A DNA stretch of 64,000 bases from Lama glama. Its lineage: Eukaryota. Position numbers and translations under genes: made by a program. Location: positions 63,676,001-63,740,000 of the forward strand of contig CM052817.1 of the NCBI GenBank assembly GCA_028534125.1, given 5' to 3'. This document shows positions 12,251 through 25,745 of this stretch, piece after piece; the stretch's first letter is position 1, and every line of letters begins with the position of its first letter. Below the pieces are notes generated by a model that was given only the letters and a program-made list of their open reading frames with translations, was not told the origin of the DNA and ran no database searches.

Positions 12251-13133
12251 GACAGTATACAGATTTTGTACCCCTCTTATGTATGGGCCATATCAATGTG
12301 GCCATATAGATAATGTTTATTTTGTCTTTGCTAGTAAAACACAGGTCTCTAGAGAACTGGGTCCATAATTCATTCATCCATCATATCACTGAAGTATCTT
12401 TGAGAATTATTAGGTCTTACTATTCAACAAATATTTATTAAGTGGATGAGTAAAATGAAGAATAAAATACATATTTATCATTACCCTCTCTCTTCATCTA
12501 AACATTAGGGAAATATTTCAAATATTAAAATGATTATGAAAAGCATTAAGAAAAAGTAATTTGCTGAGAAGTACTACCCTCTATAATTAGATGCCAAATT
12601 AATTAGTCACTATTTTTCATCAACATGTTTTCTGTATTATACTATGTTTAAGACAACACGCAACAATATTTAATGGATAGATGGCTTTATAACTTCTTGG
12701 GAACTGAAGAAGTACCAAGAGGATATTAAATAAATTATAAAAATATTCAAATTTTCAAACTAATAAGAATCTTCAATTTATTGTATATGAACCCTTCTTC
12801 CCTAGCCAATTTCAACAACAGGTAACATTATGAATTAATGTGGGTAATACGACTTACTACACAAGTCCGATGGCCTTATTTTTAACTTACAGTGTTTTTG
12901 ATGGAGGTTAGTGGCCCAAGTTTCTATTCTGAGTCCGGAGAAGATGGGAGGCATTTTCTAGAATAGTCTTTGTAGCCCTAGAAAGTCATAGGTTTCTGTT
13001 TCACACTTCAGACATCTAACATTAGCCCCAACCTCTATTCCTATATCTCTAGCCCTGTCACATCGCAGAATATGAAATATAGTAGGTGCTCATTTTCTAA
13101 AAGAATCTCTTCAGGATGTTGAAAAATTACATA

Positions 13134-13530
13134 TTAGGACTTATCCTGACACTCCTTGATATGGAATGAATTCCCAACGGCTGTGTGCATCAGTAAATTT
13201 ATAGGAATATCCAAAAGTAAAGAAAAATTAATTTCATACTCCCATTCACCTTTGAGCAGTTTTAATCATGGTTGTGATGCTCAGAGGAGATGATCCTGAG
13301 ATCGCTTTCTCAAGTCAAGTAATCAAATGCATGGTATCACAAACAGTAATATGATGTAAAAGGGATGTAAGACATAAATCAGGATTATGTTCCCCAGAGC
13401 TTGATGAATTCGGTAAAAGTTTAAATACTCCAATATAAGAAAAATATGACAAATGTAATTAAGAAACTTACAACATTCCAGGAAAGCCTGTTTATCTCAG
13501 ATAGGACATCCATGTAAGCATTTTGGTTAA
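13134..13530 (-). pseudogene. Candidate terminal-exon remnant of the decayed multi-TIR gene (last hydrophobic helices)
   Basis: 'NAYMDVLSEINRLSWNVVSFLITFVIFFLYWSI*', then after a frameshift 'ALGNIILIYVLHPFYIILLFVIPCI*LLDLRKRSQDHLL*ASQP*LKLLKGEWEYEINFSLLLDIPINLLMHTAVGNSFHIKECQDKS*'. Confidence 0.4.
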
Positions 13531-14340
13531 TTTATAAAGGGATCACTACTACTATGAAGGAAATAAACTATCCTAGTGGAAACTGGGTAGAATATGAATA
13601 AATATTTTATAGACCAAAAATATAAGCCAACACGGAATATATGAAAAAAAAACCCATTTCATTACAATAAGTAAATTTAAAAGTCATCATTCACCAGTCT
13701 AAATGACAAATTTTTAAAGTTTGATGATATCCACTGCAGGCAACGGTGTGGTGGAAAGAGTTCACACCATCAGTGAGAATACAAATTGGAGCACTATTTC
13801 TGAAAAATAATTGGGCAATAATTTTTGAAAATTGAAATGGACATTCCTTTTGGCCCAGAAAACCCACAACTTGGAATTACAGATACGACTATCAAAGTTT
13901 TCCAAGGTACTATTAAAAAGGTATCTTTTGCAAAGCTATAACAGCAAAAATACAGGGAACAACTAAAGTGTCCAACAATAGCAAAAAACAAAAACAACTA
14001 ACAGTTGCTACTCACTCTTCTCAGCATTTAATGTGTATAATTCTACCTAATCCACACAAAAATATTGAGATATTATACCTATTTTAAAGATGGAAAACAC
14101 AAGCATGAGGAGTTCTTGCCCAAGGTCGCACAGCTAGACAGTAGTAGAAGTGGGATGTAAACCTGCACTGATTATAGGTTGCTTCCTCTTAAGGAATACC
14201 ATTCAGTCAGGAATAGGAGGTTATGTATGTGTTAATGTGAAAACATCTCCAAGAAGAAAAAGGTGTAAAATAGATGAGGGTGTGCTCTCACGTGTGTTAC
14301 TGAATGTGTGTGTAATTATTATGGATTGTATTTTCTGAAA
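13530..14340 (+). mobile_element. Very old L1 (L1ME-like) 3' fragment containing a MIR (~14000-14190)
   Basis: 'aaatttttaaagtttgatgatatccactgcaggcaacggtgtgg...aatacaaattggagcactatttctgaaaaataattgggcaata'; MIR core 'cttgcccaaggtcgcacagctag'. Confidence 0.65.
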
Positions 14341-14634
14341 AGAATAACAAAGACTTCATAATTACAGTTAACTTTGGATTATGTATGTGCATTGCTTTTA
14401 TTTAGAAACATCAATAGCTACTGTAAAGCAAGAAAATTATTACCTGTCTTTATTAGCTTCTTTGTAATTTTCTATATTAAATACATAAATGTCATATTTT
14501 AAAATAATGAAAGCAATGTTAGTAATAATCCATGAATCAGAAATTTTAACCTAACAATCATTAAATTCATCCACATATTAATTTAAACATTCATTTATTA
14601 AGCACTTAACAACCATATAAACAATTTTCTAGGT

Positions 14635-14851
14635 CAGGAGTTGGTAAATTTTTTCTGAAAAGACTAGACAGAAAATAAATCAGGCTTTGTGGATCATAAG
14701 GTCTTGGCCACAACTACTCAGCTCTGCCTTTGTGCTGCAAATGTCCAATACACAATATATATAAAAATTACTATAGTTGCATTTCAATAAGACTTTATTT
14801 ACAAAATAGGAATCCCAGTTTAGCCCATGGACTATAGTTTGCCAACTCCTG
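14635..14851. mobile_element. hAT-Charlie MITE (MER58A-like)
   Basis: Terminal inverted repeats caggagttggtaaa / tttgccaactcctg; perfect 8-bp TSD TTCTAGGT (14627-14634 and 14852-14859). Confidence 0.92.
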
Positions 14852-15320
14852 TTCTAGGTGATCATTTTTAATCTATCGAGGTGTTCTTAGCCTACAAACA
14901 CATAAATATGTATAGTTATAATAAATACATGTCTATATAATTTATATATGCCTTTTGATCATGTGCACACACACACCTATAGTGAAAGAATCAAGAGGTT
15001 ATACCTGACTTAAGTATAGGATGCATATGTACTATCACAGAATGATATAAAAATTAATATGAATGATTATATACTTAACTGATACCAAATAAGTTACTAA
15101 AAGCAAAGAATTTAAAGTAGAAAATATGATGCAGTTTTACTCTCAGGTTTTGCATAGAGAAAGCAGGTGATATACAATTTACATTAAAATGCATCAGGAA
15201 AATAGGCCATTTCTATTTGGGGATAAGTAAAAGACCTCACATACCAAAATTAGGAGGTGAAATTCTTCACTACACAATTATATTGAGTCTGCATCTGGAA
15301 TACTCAGTTTAGTCACATAC

Positions 15321-16106
15321 CTCAGTACCAGCAACATACAGAATAACCTGCAAGTTGTTCAAGGAACAGCATTAAAAATAGTTCAAAGACAGAAGAAAGT
15401 GATTTTAGTCGATAAAATGATAAATATGCAACTAAGAAACAACTGAACAACAATAAAGAGACTTAGAAGTAGAAAAACAGTGGGTCCATTTATCAGAGTA
15501 TTTTAAAAGAATTTAAATGAAATTGTAACATTTATATTTTATAAATCAATTTCCACTAACAAACCCTAGTATTTAGAATTAGAGCAGGAAAAAAACAGTT
15601 GACTACATAACAGGAGTGTAACTGTCAGAGAAAAAGATGAATATTTGCTGTTTCGTGTTCTCTAACATTAATCACTTTACATAATACTGGAGACCCAATT
15701 TACATAACGCTATCCCCATGCGAGACAGCTCATAAGGTGACTAGCTCGATTTTTGAAACATAAGGCTAGGAAGTTTTGTAGCTTGGAAAATTTTGTAGTT
15801 ATAAATAAATGGTACACTTTTGGATAACCCGATCCTTCCACAGATCATCACACTTGAAGATGAAAAATGAAGTGAAATAAGAGATAAGGTGATAAAATTC
15901 CGAACAATGTACCTTTTATTTCTTTCAAGCACATGTTGTACCCTAGTCTGCCATGGTTCACTGCAACCAAATTGGTTTCTTCTTCTTGTATCAATATCCA
16001 AATCATGATTTTCTGAGAAGGTATAAGCTAACCTTCTCATTAATCCTGTGAATGTCGTAAGTCAGGATGTTGGTAGCTAATCCATGTTGCCTTCTCATAG
16101 ATGTAC
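15321..16106 (-). pseudogene. Candidate large exon: end of the last TIR-like domain plus hydrophobic segments
   Basis: ttaag|G TAC...CTGAG|gtatgt. Reads 'YIYEKATWISYQHPD/TFTGLMRRLAYTFSENHDLDID...RYIVRNFITLSLISLHFSSSSVMICG...', and later 'LINGPTVFLLLSLFIVVQLFLSCIFIILSTKITFFCL*'. Weak acceptor pyrimidine tract. Confidence 0.5.
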
Positions 16107-16462
16107 CTTAAGATTTCCAGAATATTATTTGTTGTAAATAATAAGAAAAGCTTTAAAACATGCTTTTAGCTAGGTCATAGATATATACCTGCATTTTTTA
16201 ACAATTCTCTAAGCATACTATTCCTTTGATACAAAATTAGACAAATGCCTGAGTGTCTTAAATCATTTTTTATGATTAAATGTTTAAATTCAAACATGTG
16301 ATATATATAAAAAGAAAATATATTAAAATATATTCTTCTAATAAGTAAATTGCACTGAATAAAACTCCAGAAGAAACAGCAATCAGAAAGGCAACAGAAA
16401 AACAATAATCATTCTGATAAGTATAATTAAATAACATAAAATGAATAAAATTTTTAAATTAC

Positions 16463-16548
16463 CGTATTTTGATCTGAGAACCCAAATTAATGTCAGCAGT
16501 TCTTTTTGATTTATTAACTAAGAGAATATATTTATCCACTTTTAAAAT
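16463..16548 (-). pseudogene. Candidate exon (phase 0-2), TIR-E beta-D region
   Basis: tttttcatttgttag|ATT...ATA CG|gtaatt; open frame ILKVDKYILLVNKSKRTADINLGSQIKIR, joining in phase to 16106 (CG|G). Confidence 0.55.
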
Positions 16549-16819
16549 CTAACAAATGAAAAATAAAATATTAGAATGTTTAGGTTTGCTTCATTAAAGC
16601 TAATTACTTAGTAGGATTAAGAAATGATTATACACATATCTTTTTTATACATAGGTTCATGCCAATATATTTTTGTGAGGTTTCAATTCATCAAACCCAA
16701 ATAATTAATATATACATATAAAATTTACTTTTACTGTGTACATAATTTGGAATTTTTAATCAAACCTTTCCCTCTTTTTGAAATTAAAAGTATATGCTAA
16801 TTGAATAAAGTTAAGAATT

Positions 16820-17645
16820 TTATTCAATAAGTAAATGTTTATCAAATGCTTCCTTTGTGTAAGGTGCATGCTAGATGCTGGAATATAAACATGTATAAAA
16901 TAAAGCCCTTTCTTCAAAGGGCTTAAAATCAAATACTATAAGACCAGCAAACAAATAGTTATAATATAAAGCAAAAAAAGGGCAATTATTTTGGAAGTGT
17001 TCAAGTAAATATGGATCTCCAATGAGATACATGCTTATTTCACATTTGTTAAGAGCTCAAAAAAGGATTCATAAAGGAGAAAGCTTTGAAATGGGCTTTG
17101 AGGCTAGATGGAATTGCTACAGAAAGAGGTGCACAGAGATGACACTCTATATTGGATGGCACAACACCTACAGAAGATTAGAAGTGACTATGAGTCAGTA
17201 ACTAGAAGATATAGTCACACATACATCTTCCCCACAAAATAGCTAAAGAACAGGTATGCATATGTGCAGTGGGAAAAAAATTCAAAAATTAGAGTTGGAG
17301 TATTTCTACACATATCCTTAAAAACCAAGATAAGGATTTGGACTTAATTTAAGAAGCAACAGAAAACATGAAGTAATTTTGGGCACAGTTAACCTGACTG
17401 TCTAGGTGCATAGGACTAATAAACTAAAATTGCAGAGAGATTTTAGGCAAAGATTAATTTGGAGGTTATTGAAACATCAAGAAAAGAGAAAATAATGATC
17501 AGAACCACACAGCAGCAGAAGGAATGGAAGGAAAGGAATGATGTGAGAAATATAGCACAAATAGAGTCTAGAGCACTTAAGTTGGTTTAATTAGGGTTGG
17601 TCATGGAATGGATGAGATGGAGCCAAAACTGACCTTAGATTTTTG
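16820..17645 (-). mobile_element. L2 LINE 3' fragment
   Basis: 'tattcaataagtaaatgtttatcaaatgc...ctagatgctggaatata' (reverse-complement L2 tail) and 'ggatttggacttaatttaagaagcaacagaaaac'. Confidence 0.7.
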
Positions 17646-17699
17646 TTGGTATAATTACTCCAATTGTTCTGGGAACTTCAAAATAATGTGCCTTTGTTT

Positions 17700-19190
17700 C
17701 TTTGTGCATTTGCTTTTGTTTGCTTTTTCTTTCACTGTACCAGGACATTGGTAGTCCTTTTCAATCTGGAGATCACATCTTTAAATCCAGGGAGAAATGT
17801 TCATATTAATTCTCTGATAAATTTCTTACCTTAATGGGCTCTGTTTTCTCTTTCTGGAACTCCAGTTAGTTAGATATTTGGTTTCCCAGATTTCCTTATG
17901 TGCTTTTTGTGAATTATTTTAAAAGTTAAAACTCTTATAAAGATAGCTTTATGTAGTCTTCTAAAAGATTTAAATTATACTTTTCAAAATAAGTATTTAA
18001 TCTATCCAGAATTGAGTGTTGCATATGGTGTACTGTAAAGATTCAATTTCCTTTTTTCCCCGTATGGATTATTTTTTTTCTGCAACAAGTCTCAAAAAGT
18101 CTATCTTTCACTCAATGATCTTCAAAGGCCAGCTTTCTCATATATCAATATTTCATTTTATATATATATATATATACACACACACATATATATATGTCTA
18201 TTTTGAGGGATTCTGTTCTGTTTACTGGTCTGTGTGTTGATCCCTACACCAGTACCACACTGATTTAATTACTGTAGCACTATAAAATCTAATATGGTCC
18301 AGGAATCTCCCTGCAATTTCCTTCCTTAGAATTTTCTTCCTTCCTTCTTATATATTCTTTACTACTTCAAATAAATTTTAAACAATCTTGTCAGGTTCCT
18401 TGGGAAACATTTTCTTAAAAGCCATAAATTCACAGATCAAGTTGAAAGAATTCAAATCTGAGAAGCTTCCTATTCATGAACATAATAAATTTCTTCATTT
18501 AGGTCATTGTAATGTCTTTCCATATACTTTTATTTATACTTCTTTTGTTGGTTTTGTTTCTATGTACCACGTATTTTATTGCTATTAACATATTAACTTT
18601 TAAATAATTTTACATTTTCTAATTACTACTAGTATATAGAAATGCAATCACTTTTTGCATAATGATCTTACAATGGGAGGTTGTCAAAATTTCATAAAAT
18701 TTATTATTTGTATATAGATTCTTTTATTTTTCATGTTAATAATATCATTTTCAAATAATGCCAGTTTTGGACTTTTTTATTTTATTAATTTTCTATTTAT
18801 CTATCACTAATATTTTCCATATGTTCCATCAAATCCAATGCCTGATGTCATTTTTTTAATTCTAAAATAAATCTGATAGCCTTATCATAGTTTTTGCTCT
18901 TTAAAACTCCATCCACCCTTCTGCTCCAATCTTTATGAATCAATTTCCACACTAATCTTTATCCACATTTTTTTCCCTTTTCTCATTGTTCAAGATAGTG
19001 CCTCCATTATTCTCTTAAATTGGAGTGGAAATCATAAGACATCCTTGTCATTTTCTTGAATTTGAATAAAATGCTTCTAAGATTGTAACACTGAATACAA
19101 TGTTCATCCTATGTTTTGGGTAAATATTCAATTAGATTAATGAATTTTCCATCTATTATTAGTTTCCTAGGAGTTTTTATTGAGCATGGG
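17700..19190 (-). mobile_element. Old L1 fragments (ORF1 and ORF2, antisense)
   Basis: 'ctggaactccagttagttagat', 'cagtaccacactgatttaattactgtagc', 'tatatagaaatgcaatcactttttg'; includes a (TA/CA)n run at ~18160-18195. Confidence 0.7.
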
Positions 19191-19435
19191 TAAGACTCTG
19201 CACCCAGTTCCAATGTGTGGGTATTTTCTCCACACAACCAAGCAATTCTCTGGCACCAGCTGGTTATCTTACAATTCAATTCAATTCTGACACTGTGTAC
19301 CTAGAAACAGCATCAGACCCACAGGTTAAGGGTTCAGTCCCACAAGACTGAACACATCAGTTACAAGTCCAGGTTGTCACCCATGCTTCTGACTGACTGG
19401 TTACAGATTAAAAGTCCCAATGAACCCAGCCTTGG
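19190..19435. mobile_element. MER21-like LTR fragment
   Basis: 'ccaagcaattctctggcaccagctggtt...caattcaattcaattctgacactg...gcatcagacccacaggttaagggttcagtcccacaagactg'. Confidence 0.7.
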
Positions 19436-21169
19436 GCTGAATAAGAATAGTGACTCATTTCACCCTAATCAACAATTAACTGATGACTGATATGTTATTA
19501 TATCATCATTATATGTAATGAAATTATGATTTTACACTGGGCTATCCATAACCTATCAACCTTATCATCTTTTCAAAAATTAGTCAATTCTTGACTGTGA
19601 AATGGCACATATTTCCTTTGTTACATATACTACCTAAAAAGAACTGGCTTTCAGGAAGAATTAACAAACTTCAAATATCTTAGCAATGACTTTGGAATTC
19701 CAGAAAATATCTGACCACAAGAATGAAAATAGAGTAAAATAACGGAAAATAATTTTGGGGTAAATTCTGATTTATATTTTGATCTATAGAGTATAAAGAA
19801 AAAAAAACTAGAAAAAAATTACTGATCTCTTTACTAAAGGTATTATGGCCAAAGAAAATATGAAAAAAAAGACAAAGTCAACTGTAGCACAAGTCATGGA
19901 TATTGAGAGAAATGCTTATATTTTGGGATGATAAAATAATCATGCTCATTCAGTTCTTGAGATAGGAAGTTTACTACGTTACATTGATCAAAGCAGGGCC
20001 AAAGTTTTCCTGTAACCTGACAAAATATGAAGTTTGCTCTAATCTTTAAAAAGGCCTAAAGAGAAGGGATGCTTCTTGACTATTAAAGACCAGCTAAGTA
20101 ATAGTTCTAACCTAAGGACACTTGAGTGACTTGAATATCAAAACATGAATACCAAAACAATCTTCTACCCTCAATATATGAAACATACATAGCTGCCATG
20201 TTATTAAAGTGTGACCATCATATTCATAAATCACTTTATAGGAGTTCTAGTTATAGGTACTACATAAAAAGTCCTTGTACACCAGATAAATTGAATATCA
20301 AGACTTCATATTTTTGCTTTTTAACAGACAATACTACACATGAGGGACATAGGGAAAAAATGACACATAAATTGACAAGCAAAGGACAAATGGGAAAAAA
20401 GCAATAAGGCTTCAAGATAATCATATCATAGTCTTTTTTTTCCTCGAATTTCCCCAGAACTCATGCTTCATGTCTACTAGGGTATATCAAAGTAGAAGGA
20501 CATATGTCCACTCCTCTTACTAATGAATATGCTACAAGATCTGAAAAACTGAGGGATAAAGTAGGGAAGATGAGCTGAAGTATCCCTCTTCTCTCTGTCT
20601 CCTCATTCCTCCCTCCCTCCCTCTTTGATTTAAAAATTTGAATAAGTGAAGTCATTAATTATACTGTTTCTTTGAGCAGGGTCAAATCTCCTTGGCACAT
20701 TCTCAGTAAAAAAAAAAAAAAAGAACTCGAGTAAGTAGAGGAGTAGATCTGAGTATACTTTGAAATAGAAATAGAAAATAAATCAGTGATTAAAAAACAG
20801 GTTCCAGAAATGGATTAAAATAAATATAATACTCATATAACATGAAAAACATGAAGAAAATGGCTGCTTAATAATGTCCTTGGCATAACTGCCTATATAT
20901 ACCAAAATATATATATACATATGTATATTTTTTTACCTCAAGCTAGACAGAGAAAGTCATCTTCCTATAAAGCAAAGGTATAACAACAATTGATTAATTT
21001 TTTAAAAGTTAGGAAAATAGTTTTATACCTTTGGAATGAAAGGATCCTTTTTAAATAAAGAAAACCAGGCACTGTGAAGCAATGGATATCTATGTTTAAA
21101 TATATATAATTTAAATATTTCTGAATGCAAATGGTACCATAAGCAAACAAGAATGACAAGAATCAGTCA

Positions 21170-22487
21170 AAATGCAGTCATAAAAATCTCCTTAGCAAGT
21201 GATATTGGGAAGGCTGGACAGTCGCATGCAAATCAATGAAGTTAGAACACTCCCTCACACCATACAGAAAAATAAACTCAGAATGGCTTAAAGACTTAAA
21301 TATAAGACATAAAACCATACAATTCCTAGAAGAGAACATAGGCAAAACATTCTCTGACATAAATCACAGCAATACTTTCTTAGATCAGTCTCCCAAGGCA
21401 AAAGAAATAAAAGCAAAAATAAACAAATAGGACCTAGTCAAACTTACATAGCTTTTGCATAGCAAAGCAAACCAACAAAATGAAAAGACAACCTACAGGA
21501 TTGCAACCGACAAGAGATTATTTTCCAAAATACACAAACAGCATATATAGCTCAATATCAAGACAAACAAACAAACAAACATTACAATCAAAAAATGGAC
21601 AGAAGAACTAAATAGACACTTCTACAAGGAGTTATGGCCAACAGGCACATGAAATGATGTCAACATCATTAATCAATAGAGAAATGTAAATCAAAACTGC
21701 AATGAAATATCACCTCATACAAGTCAGAATGGCCATCATCATAAAGTCTACAAATAATAAATACTGGAGAGGGTGTGGAGAAAGGGAACCCTTCTACATT
21801 GTTGGTGAGAATGGAAATTGGTGTAGACACTATGGAGGACAGCATGGAGATTCCTTAAAAACACTAAAAATAGAGTTACCATATGATCCAGCAATCCCAC
21901 TCCTGGGCATCTATCCAGAAAAGATGAAAACTCTAATTTGAAAATATACATGCCCTCCAATATTCACAGCAGCACTATTTACAATAGCCAAGATATAGAA
22001 GCAACCTAAATGTCCATCAACAGATGAATGGATAAAGAAGTGTGGCATATATGTATATAATGGAATATTACTCAACTATAAAAAGAATAAAATAATTCCA
22101 TATTCAGCAATATGAATGGATCTAGAGATTATCATATTAAGTGAAGTCAGACAAAGACAAATATGTATCACTTACATGTGGAATCTAAAAAAATGACACA
22201 AATGAACTTATTTACAAAACAGAAACAGACTCAGACACAAAAAACAAACTTATGGTTACTATAGGGGGAAGCAAGTAAGGATAAATTAGGAGCTTTAGAT
22301 TAACAGATGCACACTACTATATATAAAATAGATGACAAGGACCTACCATGTAGCACAGGGAACTCTATTCACTACCTTGTAATAATAGAAAAGAATTTGA
22401 AAAATAATATATGTATAAGTGAATCACTATGTTGTATACCTGAAACTAATACAACATTGTAAGTCAATTATACTTCAATTAAAAAAA
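21170..22487 (+). mobile_element. 5'-truncated artiodactyl-type L1 (ORF2 end, 3'UTR, poly-A)
   Basis: ORF2 'MKYHLIQVRMAII...LKIELPYDPAIPLLGIYPE'; 3' end 'tagcacagggaactctattc...acaacattgtaagtcaattatacttcaattaaaaaaaa'; TSD AATCAGTCA (21161-21169 and 22488-22496); sits within older L1 sequence. Confidence 0.92.
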
Positions 22488-23259
22488 AATCAGTCATAAG
22501 AATAAATGTTGTATCTCTACTACATGGTTAACTCTCTGTCACTTGTCTAGTCAAAAGCAATTAAATAAATTTTTTAAATGGGCAAAAATATTCCTACTCA
22601 TGTAGAGGAGGAAATACAAATAGGTAACACATAAAAAGAATATAAAACCTCAGAAAAATACAAATTAAATCAAGTATTTTTCTTTTTTTAACTGGACAAA
22701 ATTTAAAAATTTATAATATCTTGTGCTGATATTATTGTGAGGAAATGGGCACTTTCATACATTTTTGGTGGATATATAATTCATACCAGTTATTTGGTAA
22801 GTGATGTAGCCATTTCTATTGAAATTTAAAATGTGCATATACACTAAATGAATAACCCCATTTTTAGAAATTAACCCATTAAGATTAAATTTCAGCATGT
22901 AAGTTGGGTGTTTTCTGTACATCCAAAATTTTTTGTTATCTGTATCAATAACAAATATATGGAGACAATCTGAATGACCCCAAATAAGGAAATGACTAAA
23001 TGAAGTTGTAATATCTAATCACATATATGTTAAAGGTATAAAGTTATTTAAAAATAAATTAAAATGTTAAGGAAAAATGTTTATTATATATTGTTAAGTG
23101 AAAAATACAAGGGGATTTTAGGGAATGTAAATCATAGGAAAAGGAAAAAGAAAACAAATATATAACCTTACTCAGACATAACCAATATTATAATTTTGTT
23201 ATATTTCAAATCAGTTTATCTATCCTACAAGTTCAAAAGTTTCCCTAAATTAATTTTGA

Positions 23260-25745
23260 GGGATACACCAAAGGACACAATCAACAGACTGAAAAAGCAA
23301 CCTATTTGGAACAGAATTGACAGCCCAGAATTAGATTTCTGTATATACAGTCAACTGTTCTTTGACAAAGGAGCAAAGACAATATTATGGAGCAAAGACA
23401 TTGTCTTTTTGACAGATAGTGCTGGAACAACTAAACATCCACATGCAAAAAAAAAAAAAAAGAATTTAGACACTCATTTTGTATCTTTAACAAAAGTTAA
23501 TTATAAATGAATCACAGGCCTAGCATAAAACTCAAAACTATAAAACTCCTAGAAGATAACATAGGAGAAAACCTAGATGACTTTATTTAGTGTTGTATCT
23601 AAAAAGGCTTCACAAAAACCAAACACACATCCATGAAAGAAAGAACTGATTAACTAGACTTCATTAAAATTAAAAACAAATGCTCTGTGAAAGACAATAT
23701 CAAGAGAATAAAAGGACAAGCCACAGGCTGGGAGAAAATATTTGTAAAAAACATCTAATAAAGGACACTTATCCAAAATATATAAGGAACTCTTAAAACT
23801 CAACAGTATGAACATAAACAAATCAGATAAAAAAAAAAAGTGGACCAAAGACCTTAACAGACATCTCATTAAAGAAGACATACAGATGGCAAATAAGGAT
23901 ATAGAAAAGATATTCTACATCATGCAGCATGAGGAAATGCAAACTAAAACAACGAGTTGCCACTACACACCCATTAGAATGACCCAAAACTGACAACACC
24001 AAATACTGGCAAGGACGTAGAGCCACAAGAACTTTTATTCATTGCTTGTGGGAATGCAAAATGGTACAGTTACATTGGAAGACAGTTTGGCAGCTTCATA
24101 CAATACATATTCTTATCATATAATCTAGCAATCACACTCCTTGATATTTACCCAAAGGAGCTGAAAACTTGTCCGTACAAACTGTTTTTTTTTAAACCAT
24201 ACAAATGTTCATAGCAGCTTTCTTCATAATTGCCAAAACTAGGAAGCAATCAAAATATCCATCAGTAGATGAATGGATAAATAAACCATGTCATACAGGC
24301 AATGGAATATTATTCAGTGCTAAAAAGAAATCAGCTATAAAGCCATGAAAAAGCATGAGGGAGGAGTCAGAAGTTCATAGTACAAAGTGAAGGAAGTCAA
24401 CCCATAAAGGCTACATACTGTATTAAATTTTGGAAAAGACAAAACTATGAGACAATAAAAATACCAGTGGTCATCAAAGGTGATGGGGAGGGAAAGGATG
24501 AACAGGCAGAGCACAGAGGATGTTTACAACAATGAAAATTCTCTCTGTATGATATTATAATAATGGATATATGCTATTATTCATTCATCCAAACCCGCAG
24601 AATGTACAACACCATGAGGGAACTGTAAGGTTAACTATGGGCTTTGACTGTTTATGATATGTCAACGGGGGTCATCCATGGTAACAAATGTACTGCTCTG
24701 GTGGGGAATGTTGATAATGGGAGAGGTTATGCATGGTTTGGAGAGGGTATATATGGGAAATCTCTGTTATCTTCTACTCAATATTGCTGCGAACGTAAAA
24801 TTGCTCTTAAAAAATAAATTGTTCAAAATAAAAGCAACCTGTGAAATGGGAGAAAATACTTGCAAATCTGAAGAGAGTAATGTCTAGAATATATAAAGAA
24901 CTCCTATAACTCAACAGCTATAAAAAACAATCCCATTAAAAAACAGGCAAAGATCTTTAGACATTTCTCCAAAGAAGATCTACAAATGACCAACAAGCAC
25001 CAAGTGTTCAACATCACTCATCATTAGGGAAATGCACATCCAAGCCACAGTGAGATACTACCTCACACCAAAGAGGATGGCTATTAGTGAAAATCAAAAA
25101 ATAAAACATTTGGAGAAATATGTGGAGAAAATTATACTACCACTGTTAGTAGGAATACAGAATGGTGTAATCACTATGGAAAACAGTATGGTGGTTCCTC
25201 AAAAAATTAAAAATAGAGTTACTATATGATCTAGCAATTCTACTCCTGGGTAGACACCACAAAACAGTCTCAAAGAGACTCATATTCACAGCATTATTCA
25301 CAATAGTCAAAAGGTGGGAGCAATCCAAGGGTCACTGATAGATAAATGGATAAACAAAACATGTTACATGTATACAATGGAATATTATTCAGCCCTAAAA
25401 AGGAGGGCAGTTGTGACATATGCTACAGTATGGATGAATCTTGAGAATACTATATGTTAAGTGAATAAGCCATTCACAAAAAGATAAGTACTGTATGATT
25501 CCCTTATCTGAGGTATCTTGAGCAGTCATATTTATTGAGGCAGAAAGTACAATGCTGATTGCCAGGGGCTGAGGAGGGGGAGAATGGTGAGTTGTTATTT
25601 AATGGGTACAAAACTTCAGCTTTGCAAGATGAAAAGTTTTGGATATTGGTTGTACTTAACATTATAAAATTGTACACTTGAAAATAGTCAAGATGATCAA
25701 TTTGTGTTATATATATCCATAATTTAAAATTTAAAAAAAAATCTT
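23260..25745 (+). mobile_element. L1MB-like 3' element (23260-23303 and 24830-25745), split by the nested L1MC-like element
   Basis: 'aaggacacaatcaacagactgaaaaagcaacct' continues after the insert as 'gtgaaatgggagaaaatacttgcaaat'; 3' end 'cagctttgcaagatgaaaagtt...tgtacacttgaaaatagtcaagatg'. Confidence 0.8.
23304..24829 (+). mobile_element. L1MC1/2-like 3' element nested in L1MB
   Basis: 3'UTR 'aatgtacaacaccatgaggg...taactatgggcttt...ctctggtggggaatgttgataatggg'; TSD AAAAGCAACCT (23293-23303 and 24830-24840). Confidence 0.85.

Noticed and set aside
16040..16106. Beta/gamma-crystallin Greek-key motif ('WISYQHPD')
   Set aside because: Only a short resemblance; no flanking crystallin residues, and the context fits a TIR C-terminus better.
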